Positions 1-8,457 of a stretch of DNA of 32,000 bases are shown in pieces. Each line of letters begins with the position of its first letter. Within the stretch, counting starts at the first letter, position 1. A program made the position numbers and the translations under genes. The stretch spans positions 1-32,000 of the forward strand of contig CAYZVB010000004.1 in the NCBI GenBank assembly GCA_964481315.1, written 5' to 3'. Source of the stretch: an uncultured Granulosicoccaceae bacterium. Lineage in GTDB: Bacteria; Pseudomonadota; Gammaproteobacteria; Granulosicoccales; Granulosicoccaceae. The notes below the pieces were generated by a model. It made no database searches, was not told the DNA's origin, and saw nothing but the letters and a program-made list of their open reading frames with translations.

Positions 1-520
1 AGCTTTGGGCAATCCCAGTTCGGTTGCAACTCGCCGGCAAGGCCACAGACCGGGCGCTCTTCAATCCTGCCATTGACAGCAAACAGCGTGGCGGCGATCT
101 GGTTAGGATGCGAGTCAGCGAAATTTGCAACTCCGGCGTCGTGTCTTCTCATGCGATGATTGTGTAGAAGAAAACATCGCACCGGGACAGTTTGAGATTA
201 CGGAAGGTGCGAGAGAGTCGATAACCGGGTGGATGGCGATTAGCGGGCTATCAGGGAACGACTATTTATTGCCAAGCCGGATAGCGAATTCTCCGCGTTA
301 ATCCACCCGGCAGTATGCTCGAATCGCAGAACAGTGGGTTTCGACAATCTGACCGAGATAGTGGCTGGTACGGGACGCACGCGCTGCGGCGGCCTTAGCC
401 TACATTCCACTGTCCAACGCGTTGGCTGACGAAGCTGCCGAGATGTCTTTTGGTGAGGGTAGCGTGACTATTCGTTGTGGAACCCCGCCGGGTCAAGATA
501 ACCACATAAGCAATAAGTTG
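1..520 (+). pseudogene. Decayed tyrosine recombinase / phage-type integrase; the 5' end lies outside the window
   Basis: Frame 3 reads LWAIPVRLQLAGKATDRALFNPAIDSKQRGGDLVRMRVSEICNSGVVSSHAMIV and then hits TAG at 165-167. The similarity resumes in another frame as PGQFEITEGARESITGWMAISGLSGNDYLLPSRIANSPR, TAA at 299-301, then STRQYARIAEQWVSTI. After a further shift it reads GWYGTHALRRP followed by TAG at 396-398, with a faint LLG..S.T(V/I)R(Y/C).G remnant near 450-480. The order and wording match the small tyrosine recombinase family as I recall it (..LFNLxIDSKLRxCDL.. QFEIT.. YGTHxxRR.. LLGH..VRYLG). There are at least 3 in-frame stops and at least 2 frameshifts. Confidence 0.6.
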
Positions 521-1074
521 TTTGAAGCGGCGTTCCCCAATTGGATGACTAGCCTTCAGGAGCATGCCAACCAAGGTCGTGTTTCCCGCGCTCACTACCT
601 GGGAGTTTTGAAGTAAGGTATTTTTATAGTAGTTGTTGGTGATGACAGAGAAAGTGCGTTGAGCAACTCCGAACTGGTTTTGTCTGATCTCGGAAAAATC
701 ATGGAGAAGGCAATAGAGGAGACAGGAGAAGCACCATCTTTTACCGCTGAAGAATCTTGCCTGATTGGACAGATTGGACCAGTGGCTATACTCCCAAAAT
801 AGATGCAGTACTCCCTGGTGTATGCTGGGCTGAGTATTTTCTTCCTTCCTTGATATAGTTTAATGTAGGGCGCATCCATCGCCATTAAGCGGACTGTTGT
901 CTAACTCAGCCGACAGTCCGCTGTGTGCACTCCAGAGTCATTCACTAAAATGTAAAAGCTCCGCAAATGAGTACCGTCGGGCAATAGCGCCCGGTTACTC
1001 GCGCCTCGATGTTTACAAAATATGTTAGATTGCTAATAACATAATCGTTTAAAAATGGCGCAAGGGGGAGCATT

Positions 1075-1536
1075 ATGTCCAAACCAGATTCGAAGGATGT
1101 TTCTCGGTTTGATCGATTCTTTGCGGTAGAAAGCAACAATGAATTCTGGACTCTGTCGGAAAAAGATTTAGGTGTCGGAGATAAGCAAGAGCTCCTGGCT
1201 CTTGCATTTACCTCACTTTATCATTGGGCCCGTGTCGGAACTGAAGACAATGTTCAGCTTGCTAACCTGGCAGTTGCAAGAGCATTATGCATTAACAATC
1301 TGCCGCTTGGTCTTCAGTACGCTGAATTTGCGTATGGCCATTTTAACGGTAAGGGCGAGGATTGGATTCAGGCATTTACGAATGCAATTTTAAGTCATGC
1401 GTTGCTTATGGTTGGAGAGGACGTTCGCTCAAGACAGCCTTATGAGGCTGCTATCGAGTTTCAATCGAAATTAAAAGAAGGAGACAGAAAGGTGTTTGAT
1501 GCAACCTTTTGTCTAATTCCCGTACCTCAATCCTGA
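1075..1536 (+). CDS. Hypothetical protein (153 aa)
   Basis: Uninterrupted ORF with an ATG preceded by the AAGGGGGAG Shine-Dalgarno sequence. The composition is protein-like and helical. I recognise no family motif. Confidence 0.55.
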   Translation: MSKPDSKDVSRFDRFFAVESNNEFWTLSEKDLGVGDKQELLALAFTSLYHWARVGTEDNVQLANLAVARALCINNLPLGLQYAEFAYGHFNGKGEDWIQAFTNAILSHALLMVGEDVRSRQPYEAAIEFQSKLKEGDRKVFDATFCLIPVPQS

Positions 1537-1914
1537 ATTATGCGGTCCAGGGTTCACTTTCACGTCATTTGCAACACGCTGTCGCCACCCAGAGAAATAT
1601 GCGAATAAGAACTGTCCGAAACTAAATGCATAATCAAGCTCCCATGCAGTGACATCGTACTTGGTGAAGCTGTTGAGGCTCAGAGTAATTATCGCCAATC
1701 GTTGCTTTTAGCATATTCTGCTAATAACCAGAACTTGAGAAAAGACTGGATTCGAGTTCCAAAGGTCAATAGTACCTGGCAGTTCCGGTGGTTATAACGT
1801 TCCAACTATTCCAATTGTCTCTTGTGGTGCCTCAGCAGTAGCCCGGATGGGTTATTGACTGCCAGCGCGTGCTCATTAGTCTGAAGTGTTCAATATGGAA
1901 TCGAGGAGTCAGAC

Positions 1915-2343
1915 ATGCGTATCAAATCCGTTGTATTGGTTGTACTTTCAATCGGCTTGTTTTCAGGAGGTGTTGTCTCCGCGAACGATGGCCCGCAGGC
2001 GGCAATGAAGGAGTTTGTAGCAGCATTTAACAGTCAGGATGCCGCAGGTGTGTCGGCACTGTTTCATGACGATGGAAAGCTCTTGCCAGACGGCCAGCCA
2101 ATGGTGTCCGGGATTAAGGCTATTGAAGAATTCTGGGCGGGTGCTTTTGGTGCAGGCCTTTCAGCAATAGAAAAAACGCCAATAGAAATTGTGGTTAGTG
2201 GTGATCTTGCTGTCGAAACCAGCAGTTATTTTATTACTTTTGGTGATGCAAGGCTTGCCGGAAAAGATACCCTGGTGTGGCGTAAAGATGCCGATGGAGA
2301 ATGGAAGATCTCGACAGATATCTGGGCCATGGATCAGGAGTAG
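1915..2343 (+). CDS. Secreted SnoaL-like/DUF4440 (NTF2-fold) protein
   Basis: A GAGGAG Shine-Dalgarno sequence lies upstream. The N-terminal signal peptide is MRIKSVVLVVLSIGLFSGGVVSA. The body (FVAAFNSQDAAGVSALFHDDGKLLP ... GKDTLVWRKDADGEWKISTDIW) has the typical NTF2/ketosteroid-isomerase-like pattern. A hairpin terminator follows the gene. Confidence 0.7.
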   Translation: MRIKSVVLVVLSIGLFSGGVVSANDGPQAAMKEFVAAFNSQDAAGVSALFHDDGKLLPDGQPMVSGIKAIEEFWAGAFGAGLSAIEKTPIEIVVSGDLAVETSSYFITFGDARLAGKDTLVWRKDADGEWKISTDIWAMDQE

Positions 2344-2362
2344 TGGGGTTGCCCTCTTTTAA

Positions 2363-2390
2363 ACGCCGGTTTCGGTAACCGGCGTATTTT
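2363..2390 (+). terminator. Rho-independent terminator after the SnoaL-like gene
   Basis: Perfect 9-bp stem ACGCCGGTT (2363-2371) / AACCGGCGT (2377-2385) with loop TCGGT, followed by ATTTT. Confidence 0.6.
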
Positions 2391-2512
2391 CCAATCCATC
2401 CTTAGTATTGCTAGACCTTCGCACACGCGCGATTGAAGCAACAACTGCGCTTAGTACTTGCGCGCATGATGGAAGGTTGTGGTGTTAGAAATTTGTTAGA
2501 GGACTCAGACTG

Positions 2513-3400
2513 TTATTCAATAATCTGCATCACGTCGTTGGTAATTGGATGTGCTTCACCGTATTTTTTGCGATACACCACAACCCCGTCAGGGACCACT
2601 GCTGAAAGATTCGATATTCGCACAAGCTTACCTTCTGCAAGCTTATGATTGACTGATCTGGCCCATCCCAGTGCCACACCATGACCTTGCTCTGCCACGC
2701 TTAAACACACCTGATAAGAGCTGAAAATTAGATCTGATCTTTTGGCAGATAAAGTCATATCGAACTGACTAAGAAAATTATCCCAGTCGACACCGCCCTT
2801 GTTTTCATAGTCCACCTGCAAAAGTGGTAATTGACATAATTCTGTTACTGAAAAGTTTTGCTTGCAGTTTTCAAGAAACGCAGGCGAGCAAACTGGAAAC
2901 ATTAAATCTTCGCCAATGGTTTTCTGTTCGAGCTCGGTGGTAGTTCGTGCACCCGGCTGCAATCCAAGATCAAAAGAAATGTCAGTCTGTTCAACCGGCT
3001 CGTAGCTGGAATGGATGATAAAAGCTATCTCTGGAAACCGTTCCTGCAAATGTTCAATTACCGGGGTAAGTACATGCGTGGCAAGCGATAAGTCACTATA
3101 GATCGTAAATCGGGTGTCCCTTTGAGAGTGGCTTCGCAGCTCACTGGCTATCGAACTCAGGCTGGTCAGGCTGCGAACGACGGTTTCATGAAACCGTGCA
3201 CCTGCTTCCGTCAGTGTTACATCATGGCGATGACGATCAAAAAGCTGCACAGAAAGGTTTTCTTCCAACTGCCGCATCTGCCGGCTCACACTGGCCTGCG
3301 ATAACGCGCATTCGTCGGCGGCACGGGAGAAGCTGAGCAGCCTGCCGGCGGATTCGAAAACTGCCAGCGTTCCCATGGGCGGTAACTGTCGTCTGATCAT
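2513..3400 (-). CDS. LysR-family transcriptional regulator
   Basis: The N-terminal wHTH reads LAVFESAGRLLSFSRAADECALSQASVSRQMRQLEENLSVQLFDRHRHDVTLTEAG and is followed by a substrate-binding-type C-terminal domain. The gene is 295 aa and divergent from the 3501 operon. Confidence 0.9.
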   Translation of the reverse strand: MIRRQLPPMGTLAVFESAGRLLSFSRAADECALSQASVSRQMRQLEENLSVQLFDRHRHDVTLTEAGARFHETVVRSLTSLSSIASELRSHSQRDTRFTIYSDLSLATHVLTPVIEHLQERFPEIAFIIHSSYEPVEQTDISFDLGLQPGARTTTELEQKTIGEDLMFPVCSPAFLENCKQNFSVTELCQLPLLQVDYENKGGVDWDNFLSQFDMTLSAKRSDLIFSSYQVCLSVAEQGHGVALGWARSVNHKLAEGKLVRISNLSAVVPDGVVVYRKKYGEAHPITNDVMQIIE

Positions 3401-3403
3401 AGA

Positions 3404-3464
3404 TATACAATTTACGTATAACTCAACACGAAATACGTGATTCTGAGATAGCTTAAGAAGCTAT
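3404..3464. promoter_or_regulatory. Cluster of palindromes in the lysR / 3501-operon divergent intergenic region (candidate LysR binding sites)
   Basis: Three palindromes are visible. TATAC-N7-GTATA at 3404-3420 contains a T-N11-A core. ACGTAT-N13-ATACGT lies at 3414-3438. ATAGCTT-AAG-AAGCTAT lies at 3448-3464. All lie between the lysR ATG (3400) and the ATG at 3501. Confidence 0.4.
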
Positions 3465-3500
3465 ACAGTATCAATATTCAAATACCAGTGTAAAACGAAA

Positions 3501-3968
3501 ATGAATCATGAGACATTGCATCAGGCAGATATGCGGGTAGCATTCCTTACCGCGGAATGGTTGGTCACTATTGATACCCCAAACGGTGGTGTGGAGACGG
3601 TACTACAGGCTTTAGAGCAGGATTTATCGCTTACTCAGGGGCCATACGATTGTTGCAGTTACACTCATGGGGGTGGCACACAGCGCTTTCGGTGTCTGGA
3701 GGGTTCGCATGCCGGAAACGAAGGCACGATTCAACAAACTGCTGCTTCTCAGATCGTCGTATCAATTCCCCGGGAACGCGATCTTTTACAGCGACTATTC
3801 GATTCGGTATATCAACATCATGTTAACGAAGAGCCGACCATTAGAGTACAGGAGGTTTTCGGTAGCCGGTCGAAGCTGCTGGATGATAAGGACAATCCAA
3901 ATCGTTACTGGAATCGGGCAGACGCCAACACGCTCCACGGACACACAGTGAAAACCTCTAATGAATAA
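3501..3968 (+). CDS. YqfO / Nif3-insert-domain-like (PII-fold) family protein (tentative)
   Basis: The segment WLVTIDTPNGGVETVLQAL ... GPYDCCSYTHGGGTQRFRCLEGSHAGNEG ... VVSIP ... HHVNEEPTIRV follows the pattern I recall for YqfO-type proteins (G.Y..CS....G.G.FRPLEGS.P..G...E.R.E......HPYEEP). The stop overlaps the next gene's start (ATGAATAA at 3961-3968). The true start could be the ATG at 3531. Confidence 0.5.
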   Translation: MNHETLHQADMRVAFLTAEWLVTIDTPNGGVETVLQALEQDLSLTQGPYDCCSYTHGGGTQRFRCLEGSHAGNEGTIQQTAASQIVVSIPRERDLLQRLFDSVYQHHVNEEPTIRVQEVFGSRSKLLDDKDNPNRYWNRADANTLHGHTVKTSNE

Positions 3969-4782
3969 ATTAAACAGTACCACTGACTTCGGAGCATTAC
4001 ACAACACAGACGGTATGCTGATCATGCCTAACCCGTGGGATCGTGGCTCGACCAGGATATTTTCTCAGTGCGGTTTTAAAGCACTTGCTACTACCAGTGG
4101 CGGTATGGCCTATGCGCTTGGTAAGCGAGATGGTTTCGTAACGCGGGAGGAGGCGCTGCAACACTGCAGGGAAATAGTGTCGGCTACCGATTTACCAGTC
4201 TCCGCTGATCTTGAAAAAGGTTATGGCAATTCACCGGAAGCGGTTGCGACCATCATCAATGATGTTGCAGCAACAGGTGTTGCCGGCTGTTCCATTGAAG
4301 ACTACACCGGTGACCCGGACAACGCTATATTTGACGAAAGCCTGGCGGTTGAACGAATCGCAGCTGCTGTTGAAGCGAAAAACTCACTGGATAGAGATTT
4401 TATATTAACCGCGCGTTGTGAGTCTTTTTTGTGGAATCAGGGTGCACCGGAGCCGGTGGTCCGGCGCCTGCAAAGATTCGCCGATGTGGGCGCTGATGTT
4501 GTTTTTGCACCGGGTATGGATAGTCTTTCTGATATAGAGACACTTGTGCAGTCGGTGAATGTTCCTGTCAATGTGGTGGTGAGTTCGCCTAACCGTCCAT
4601 ACGATGTATCAGACCTTCAACAAATTGGTGTAAAACGAATCAGTATTGGCTCTTCGATGGCTCAGCTGATCTATGGAGCAGTTATTAAAACAGCTACTGA
4701 ATTTGCTAAAACGAATTCGCTGGAGTTTGTCAGCGATGCCATGAATTATGAAGAGCTGGAATCCTGGTTTTCAGAACAATGA
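3961..4782 (+). CDS. Isocitrate lyase / PEP mutase superfamily enzyme (2-methylisocitrate-lyase / oxaloacetate-decarboxylase-like)
   Basis: The motifs MPNPWDRGSTRIFSQCGFKALATTSGGMAYALG, LPVSADLEKGYGN and AGCSIEDY are typical of the ICL/PEPM TIM-barrel family. The start overlaps the upstream stop. Confidence 0.85.
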   Translation: MNKLNSTTDFGALHNTDGMLIMPNPWDRGSTRIFSQCGFKALATTSGGMAYALGKRDGFVTREEALQHCREIVSATDLPVSADLEKGYGNSPEAVATIINDVAATGVAGCSIEDYTGDPDNAIFDESLAVERIAAAVEAKNSLDRDFILTARCESFLWNQGAPEPVVRRLQRFADVGADVVFAPGMDSLSDIETLVQSVNVPVNVVVSSPNRPYDVSDLQQIGVKRISIGSSMAQLIYGAVIKTATEFAKTNSLEFVSDAMNYEELESWFSEQ

Positions 4783-5064
4783 ATGCATTATGCGGGCAGG
4801 GGGCAACGAAGTGTGCGCGGGCAAAGGCTTTTCAACGGTCGGAGCTTTGAGCGTCGAAGACGCACTTATGAACCCTGAATTGATCAGTTTAGGGTAATTG
4901 TTCTTTTTAGCCGTTATACCTTACCCTGTAAGTACAGCAATGAGCTTATTTGTGATCGGGCGTAGGCCGCAACAGAACGTTGCAGGTGGCTATGTGACAC
5001 CTCACTGCCTTGAGTTAAAAGTAAAGAGTCATTCTGTGCAATCCCATGAAACAGGAAATTCAGC

Positions 5065-5427
5065 ATGAAAGTAGATCCAGCGCTATTGAGTTTTGCGGAA
5101 GAAATTCTAAGCGAAATGATTGAGGCCGAAAGTAGCGATACCGGAGACTACGATCTGTTTGTAAAGCATTTCGATAAGGTGGATGATTTTGGCCCAACAA
5201 GATTTAAGAAAGAGTTAATGTGCATCCGTGAAGATCTTGGGGATTACAAAGACAGGGAATATCTCGGTGCGTTAAAAGGTCACGTGGATCCTGACAATCC
5301 CGACAAGTATCCTGAAAGCATAAGGTTTAACTGGCGTGGCATATTCGAGAAAAATGAAACGCTGATTACGTTGGGTTTGTACAAAAAGGACGGCAAATTT
5401 GTAGTCAGGGAAATCATGTACCGTTAA
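5065..5427 (+). CDS. Hypothetical protein (120 aa)
   Basis: Clean ORF with an AGGAA Shine-Dalgarno-like sequence upstream of the ATG. The composition is acidic and protein-like. I recognise no family. Confidence 0.55.
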   Translation: MKVDPALLSFAEEILSEMIEAESSDTGDYDLFVKHFDKVDDFGPTRFKKELMCIREDLGDYKDREYLGALKGHVDPDNPDKYPESIRFNWRGIFEKNETLITLGLYKKDGKFVVREIMYR

Positions 5428-5499
5428 GTATGCCAGATCGATTGGTCAGGCAATTCTGGTTGTAACTGCCAGCTATGCAGCGCTGCTTTGCATTCAACC

Positions 5500-6597
5500 T
5501 TACGTATTGCTTCCGCTAAACCAGTCGAGCTTGTCGTGTAACGTAACCACATGACCGATGATCAGCATAGTCGGTGCAGTTACTTCGCTTCGTGCTACCA
5601 GTGCGGGCAGGTGTTCGAGTGTGCTTGCCAGTACCCGCTGTTGTGGCTGGGTGCCTTGTTGCACCAGTGCTGCCGGCGTATCCGCGGCACGGCCGTGGGT
5701 AATCATTGCGGCACAGATTTGTTCGAGCCCGGTCAGTCCCATATAAACCACCACCGTCAGTTGCGGTGATACCAGCTCGTTCCAGTTCAGGTTGATTTCA
5801 CCGTTGCGCAGGTGGCCGGTCACAAACACCACAGACTGTGCATGGTCACGGTGGGTGAGGGGGATGCCGGCAAACGCGGCACAGCCACTGGCTGCGGTAA
5901 TGCCGGGCACAACCTGGAACGGCACTCGTTTTTCTGCCAGCGTTTCGATTTCTTCGCCGCCGCGGCCAAAGATGAACGGGTCGCCGCCTTTTAAGCGCAC
6001 CACATTGGCGGGGCGCTGTGCCAGTGTCACCAGTAAATCGTTAATCGATTCCTGCGGCAGCGTGTGGTTGGACTTTGCCTTGCCCGCGTAGATGAATTCG
6101 GCGGCCGGGTTGCAGCGCGCCATAATCGGTTTGCTGACCAGTCTGTCGTAAACAATAACATCGGCTTCCTGAATCAGTCGCAGCGCGCGCAGTGTGAGCA
6201 GTTCGGGGTCGCCGGGACCGGCGCCCACCAGTGCCACTTTGCCCTGGTGCTGGCCGTGTTGTTGATGATCGGTTTGGCTGAGCATCCAGCTTGCGTGCTG
6301 TGGATTGTCGATGCTGTAGCAGAAGCGGTTGCGCTGGTCGCACCAGTCGAGCACCTGTCGGTTAACGGCGGGGTCGTCGCCGGCGGCGATGACCAGCCAG
6401 TGGTGGTCAATGTCGTCGGTGCTAACCGCACGTGCTTCGCAGCGAATCTGTTTGGTTTCGGTGGTGGCGCTGCCAATCATCAGCACACTGGCACGGTGCA
6501 GCACAAGCCATTCGGCCAGACGCACTGCCTGAGCGGAGTTGCCAATCACAAGACACGGGCGGTTTTCTAAACGGAGCGGGGCATGGAGCAATTGCAT
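5500..6597 (-). CDS. CysG-like uroporphyrinogen-III C-methyltransferase with a shortened N-terminal Rossmann remnant
   Basis: The C-terminal 250 aa is close to E. coli CysG SUMT ([66 protein letters not shown]). The N-terminal ~105 aa ([16 protein letters not shown] ... [15 protein letters not shown] ... RFCYSIDNP) matches only the first half of the CysG dehydrogenase/ferrochelatase module. I place the start at ATG 6597, because the 120 codons upstream in the ORF track look non-protein-like. Confidence 0.8.
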   Translation of the reverse strand: MQLLHAPLRLENRPCLVIGNSAQAVRLAEWLVLHRASVLMIGSATTETKQIRCEARAVSTDDIDHHWLVIAAGDDPAVNRQVLDWCDQRNRFCYSIDNPQHASWMLSQTDHQQHGQHQGKVALVGAGPGDPELLTLRALRLIQEADVIVYDRLVSKPIMARCNPAAEFIYAGKAKSNHTLPQESINDLLVTLAQRPANVVRLKGGDPFIFGRGGEEIETLAEKRVPFQVVPGITAASGCAAFAGIPLTHRDHAQSVVFVTGHLRNGEINLNWNELVSPQLTVVVYMGLTGLEQICAAMITHGRAADTPAALVQQGTQPQQRVLASTLEHLPALVARSEVTAPTMLIIGHVVTLHDKLDWFSGSNT

Positions 6598-6741
6598 GCG
6601 CCAATAGTAACGAAATTTGTCTGAAGATGAGACGGCATCGGGTCGCGTTTGACGGAATATTCCGGCTTTTTTCGAACCGGTGGCAAGCCCTATTTCTAAG
6701 GGGATATTGAATGTGGCGCGCCACAGTAATACCCTCGACCG

Positions 6742-6963
6742 GTGGCTTATCATGTCTTTGAAATAAATCCTTTTCAGCAGCTGACTTACCTGCAGTCGCA
6801 CCCGAAATATCGGGAGGCGAAAGATTTCCTGAGTCAGTGTCGCAACGCACCCGGTGTGGTGAAAGGCACAACTTTCCGTATGATGTTTGCTGACAACCCC
6901 GATCAGGCCGAGCGGCTGCTGAAACAAAAACGCCCGCCGCGGCCGATGGGCGAGCACGATTAA
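6742..6963 (+). CDS. Possible small hypothetical protein (73 aa, GTG start)
   Basis: This is the only protein-like frame in the 400-bp cysG-tusA gap ([61 protein letters not shown]). It has no clear Shine-Dalgarno sequence and starts at GTG, so support is weak. Confidence 0.3.
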   Translation: MAYHVFEINPFQQLTYLQSHPKYREAKDFLSQCRNAPGVVKGTTFRMMFADNPDQAERLLKQKRPPRPMGEHD

Positions 6964-6999
6964 TCAATTAATAAAAATGCCTAAGAGCGAGGAACCCAA

Positions 7000-7230
7000 T
7001 TGAGCGACTTTACCAAAGAGCTTGATGCCAGCGGACTAAACTGCCCGATGCCTATTTTGCGCGCAAAAAAAGCCCTCAAAGAGCTGCAGTCGGGTGACAT
7101 ACTGCGAATTATCGCTACCGACCCGGGCTCTGTTAAAGACTTTGAGGCGTTCGCCAAGCAAACCGGCAACGAGCTGCTTGAGTCTAGCGAAGACGGCGAC
7201 AGTTTTGTTTACCGCCTGAAGAAAGCCTGA
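7000..7230 (+). CDS. TusA-family sulfurtransferase / sulfur carrier
   Basis: It has the LDASGLNCPMPILRAKKAL CPxP active-site motif and a ~76-aa alpha/beta TusA size. The start is TTG with a GAGG Shine-Dalgarno sequence 8 nt upstream. Confidence 0.85.
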   Translation: MSDFTKELDASGLNCPMPILRAKKALKELQSGDILRIIATDPGSVKDFEAFAKQTGNELLESSEDGDSFVYRLKKA

Positions 7231-7251
7231 TTAGTAAGAAAGCCTGATTAG
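7219..7251 (+). repeat. Perfect tandem duplication (16 bp x2, 17-bp period) covering the tusA stop codon
   Basis: AAGAAAGCCTGATTAG occurs at 7219-7234 and again at 7236-7251, separated by a single T. Confidence 0.85.
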
Positions 7252-7314
7252 CAGGCGCTTTGCTTCCAAAATTACCCGTATTTCCTGAATTCAAAACCGG
7301 GGCGCTCTAAGTCA

Positions 7315-8454
7315 ATGGAATTCACCAATATCCACCTGGTCACTACGCTGGGTTTTGTTCTGGCGCTGATTTTCGGTGCTGTCGCCAATCGCACCAACTT
7401 CTGCACCATGGGGGCGGTAAGCGACTGGGTGAATATGGGGCTGAAAGGCCGCCTTGGCGCGTGGGTGCTGGCCATGGGAATTGCCGTTGCCGGTGCGCAG
7501 ATTCTCGAGCTGACCGGCCTGGTTGACGTTGGCAGCAGTATTTACCGCACCACCAATTTCGGACTCGGCGGCTATATTATTGGCGGGTTGTTGTTTGGTG
7601 TTGGCATGACGCTCGGAGGCGGGTGCGGTCAGCGCACGCTGGTGAGGGTCGGTACCGGCAACCTTAAGTCTCTGGTGGTGTTACTTATTCTCGCAATCTC
7701 GGCCTACATGACGCTTCGCGGCCTGTTTGCGGTACTGCGGGTGGCGGCTATTGAGCCGATGACCATTGACCTTGGCGAACAGGGCATTGCTGATCAGGGG
7801 CTTGCCAGTGTGCTGAGTGGCTGGTTCGGGTTTGAAGCAACTAATGCGGTGCGCTGGGGAATTGGACTATTAGTGGCTGCGCTGCTGATTTTGTGGGCGC
7901 TAAAGCAGGAGGCGCTGCGGGAGAGTCGCGACAATCTGGTGGCCGGCATTGTGATTGGTTTAATCATTACCGCGGCCTGGGTAGTGACCGGCTTGATCGG
8001 GGTGGACGACTTTGACCCGGTACCAGTCGAGGCCATGAGTTTCATCGCACCTACCGGCAACACGCTGAGCTACCTGATGACTTTCACCGGTGCAACCATC
8101 AACTTTGGTATTGCCATAGTATTTGGCGTGATTGCAGGTTCTTTTCTATATGCGTTGTTTAGCCGTACCTTTGCGATAGAAACCTTTTCTGATCGCGGTG
8201 ATATGGTCAACCATTTAAGCGGCGGGTTACTGATGGGGTTTGGCGGTGTGCTGGCGCTTGGCTGTACCGTTGGACAATCGATTAGCGGTATATCTACGCT
8301 GGCGCTGGGGTCTTTTGTTGCTGCTATTTCCATTGTTATTGGCAGTGCTTTTACCATGCGTGTGCAATACCATCGCATGGATGACATGGGGCTGTTTAAG
8401 GCATGGGGCGTTGGACTGGCTGATGTACTAATGCCGTGGCGCATGAAAGACTGA
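7315..8454 (+). CDS. YeeE/YedE-family inner-membrane sulfur (thiosulfate-type) transporter
   Basis: The protein is polytopic and Gly-rich. It carries three Cys motifs typical of YeeE: NRTNFCTMGAVSDW, LGGGCGQRTLVR and LALGCTVGQSISG. It lies directly downstream of the tusA-like gene. Confidence 0.85.
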   Translation: MEFTNIHLVTTLGFVLALIFGAVANRTNFCTMGAVSDWVNMGLKGRLGAWVLAMGIAVAGAQILELTGLVDVGSSIYRTTNFGLGGYIIGGLLFGVGMTLGGGCGQRTLVRVGTGNLKSLVVLLILAISAYMTLRGLFAVLRVAAIEPMTIDLGEQGIADQGLASVLSGWFGFEATNAVRWGIGLLVAALLILWALKQEALRESRDNLVAGIVIGLIITAAWVVTGLIGVDDFDPVPVEAMSFIAPTGNTLSYLMTFTGATINFGIAIVFGVIAGSFLYALFSRTFAIETFSDRGDMVNHLSGGLLMGFGGVLALGCTVGQSISGISTLALGSFVAAISIVIGSAFTMRVQYHRMDDMGLFKAWGVGLADVLMPWRMKD

Positions 8455-8457
8455 TGC

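Noticed and set aside
395-616. ORFs 395-595 (-) and 422-616 (+)
   Set aside because: They lie within or adjacent to the decayed integrase frames. The + frame contains the faint C-terminal integrase remnant. I see no independent support for them as genes.
595-885. 96-aa minus-strand ORF in the AT-rich spacer
   Set aside because: A roughly equally long, once-interrupted frame exists on the opposite strand. There is no Shine-Dalgarno sequence and no recognisable motif. It is probably decayed DNA, though I cannot exclude a real small gene.
1513-1698. 61-aa TTG-start ORF on the minus strand
   Set aside because: It overlaps the 3' end of the 153-aa gene, uses a non-ATG start and has no Shine-Dalgarno sequence. 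It may be a gene fragment, but that is not supportable.
5551-6570. Many 60-170-aa ORFs on both strands inside the cysG-like gene
   Set aside because: These are shadow ORFs typical of GC-rich coding DNA. They have Arg/Ala/Pro-rich nonsense composition and fully overlap a confidently identified gene.
6598-6957. 120-codon N-terminal extension of the cysG-like ORF given by the ORF track (5500-6957)
   Set aside because: The extension is Arg/His-rich and not protein-like. CysG similarity begins right after the internal ATG at 6597 ([19 protein letters not shown], corresponding to E. coli LPIFCQLRDRDCLIVG).
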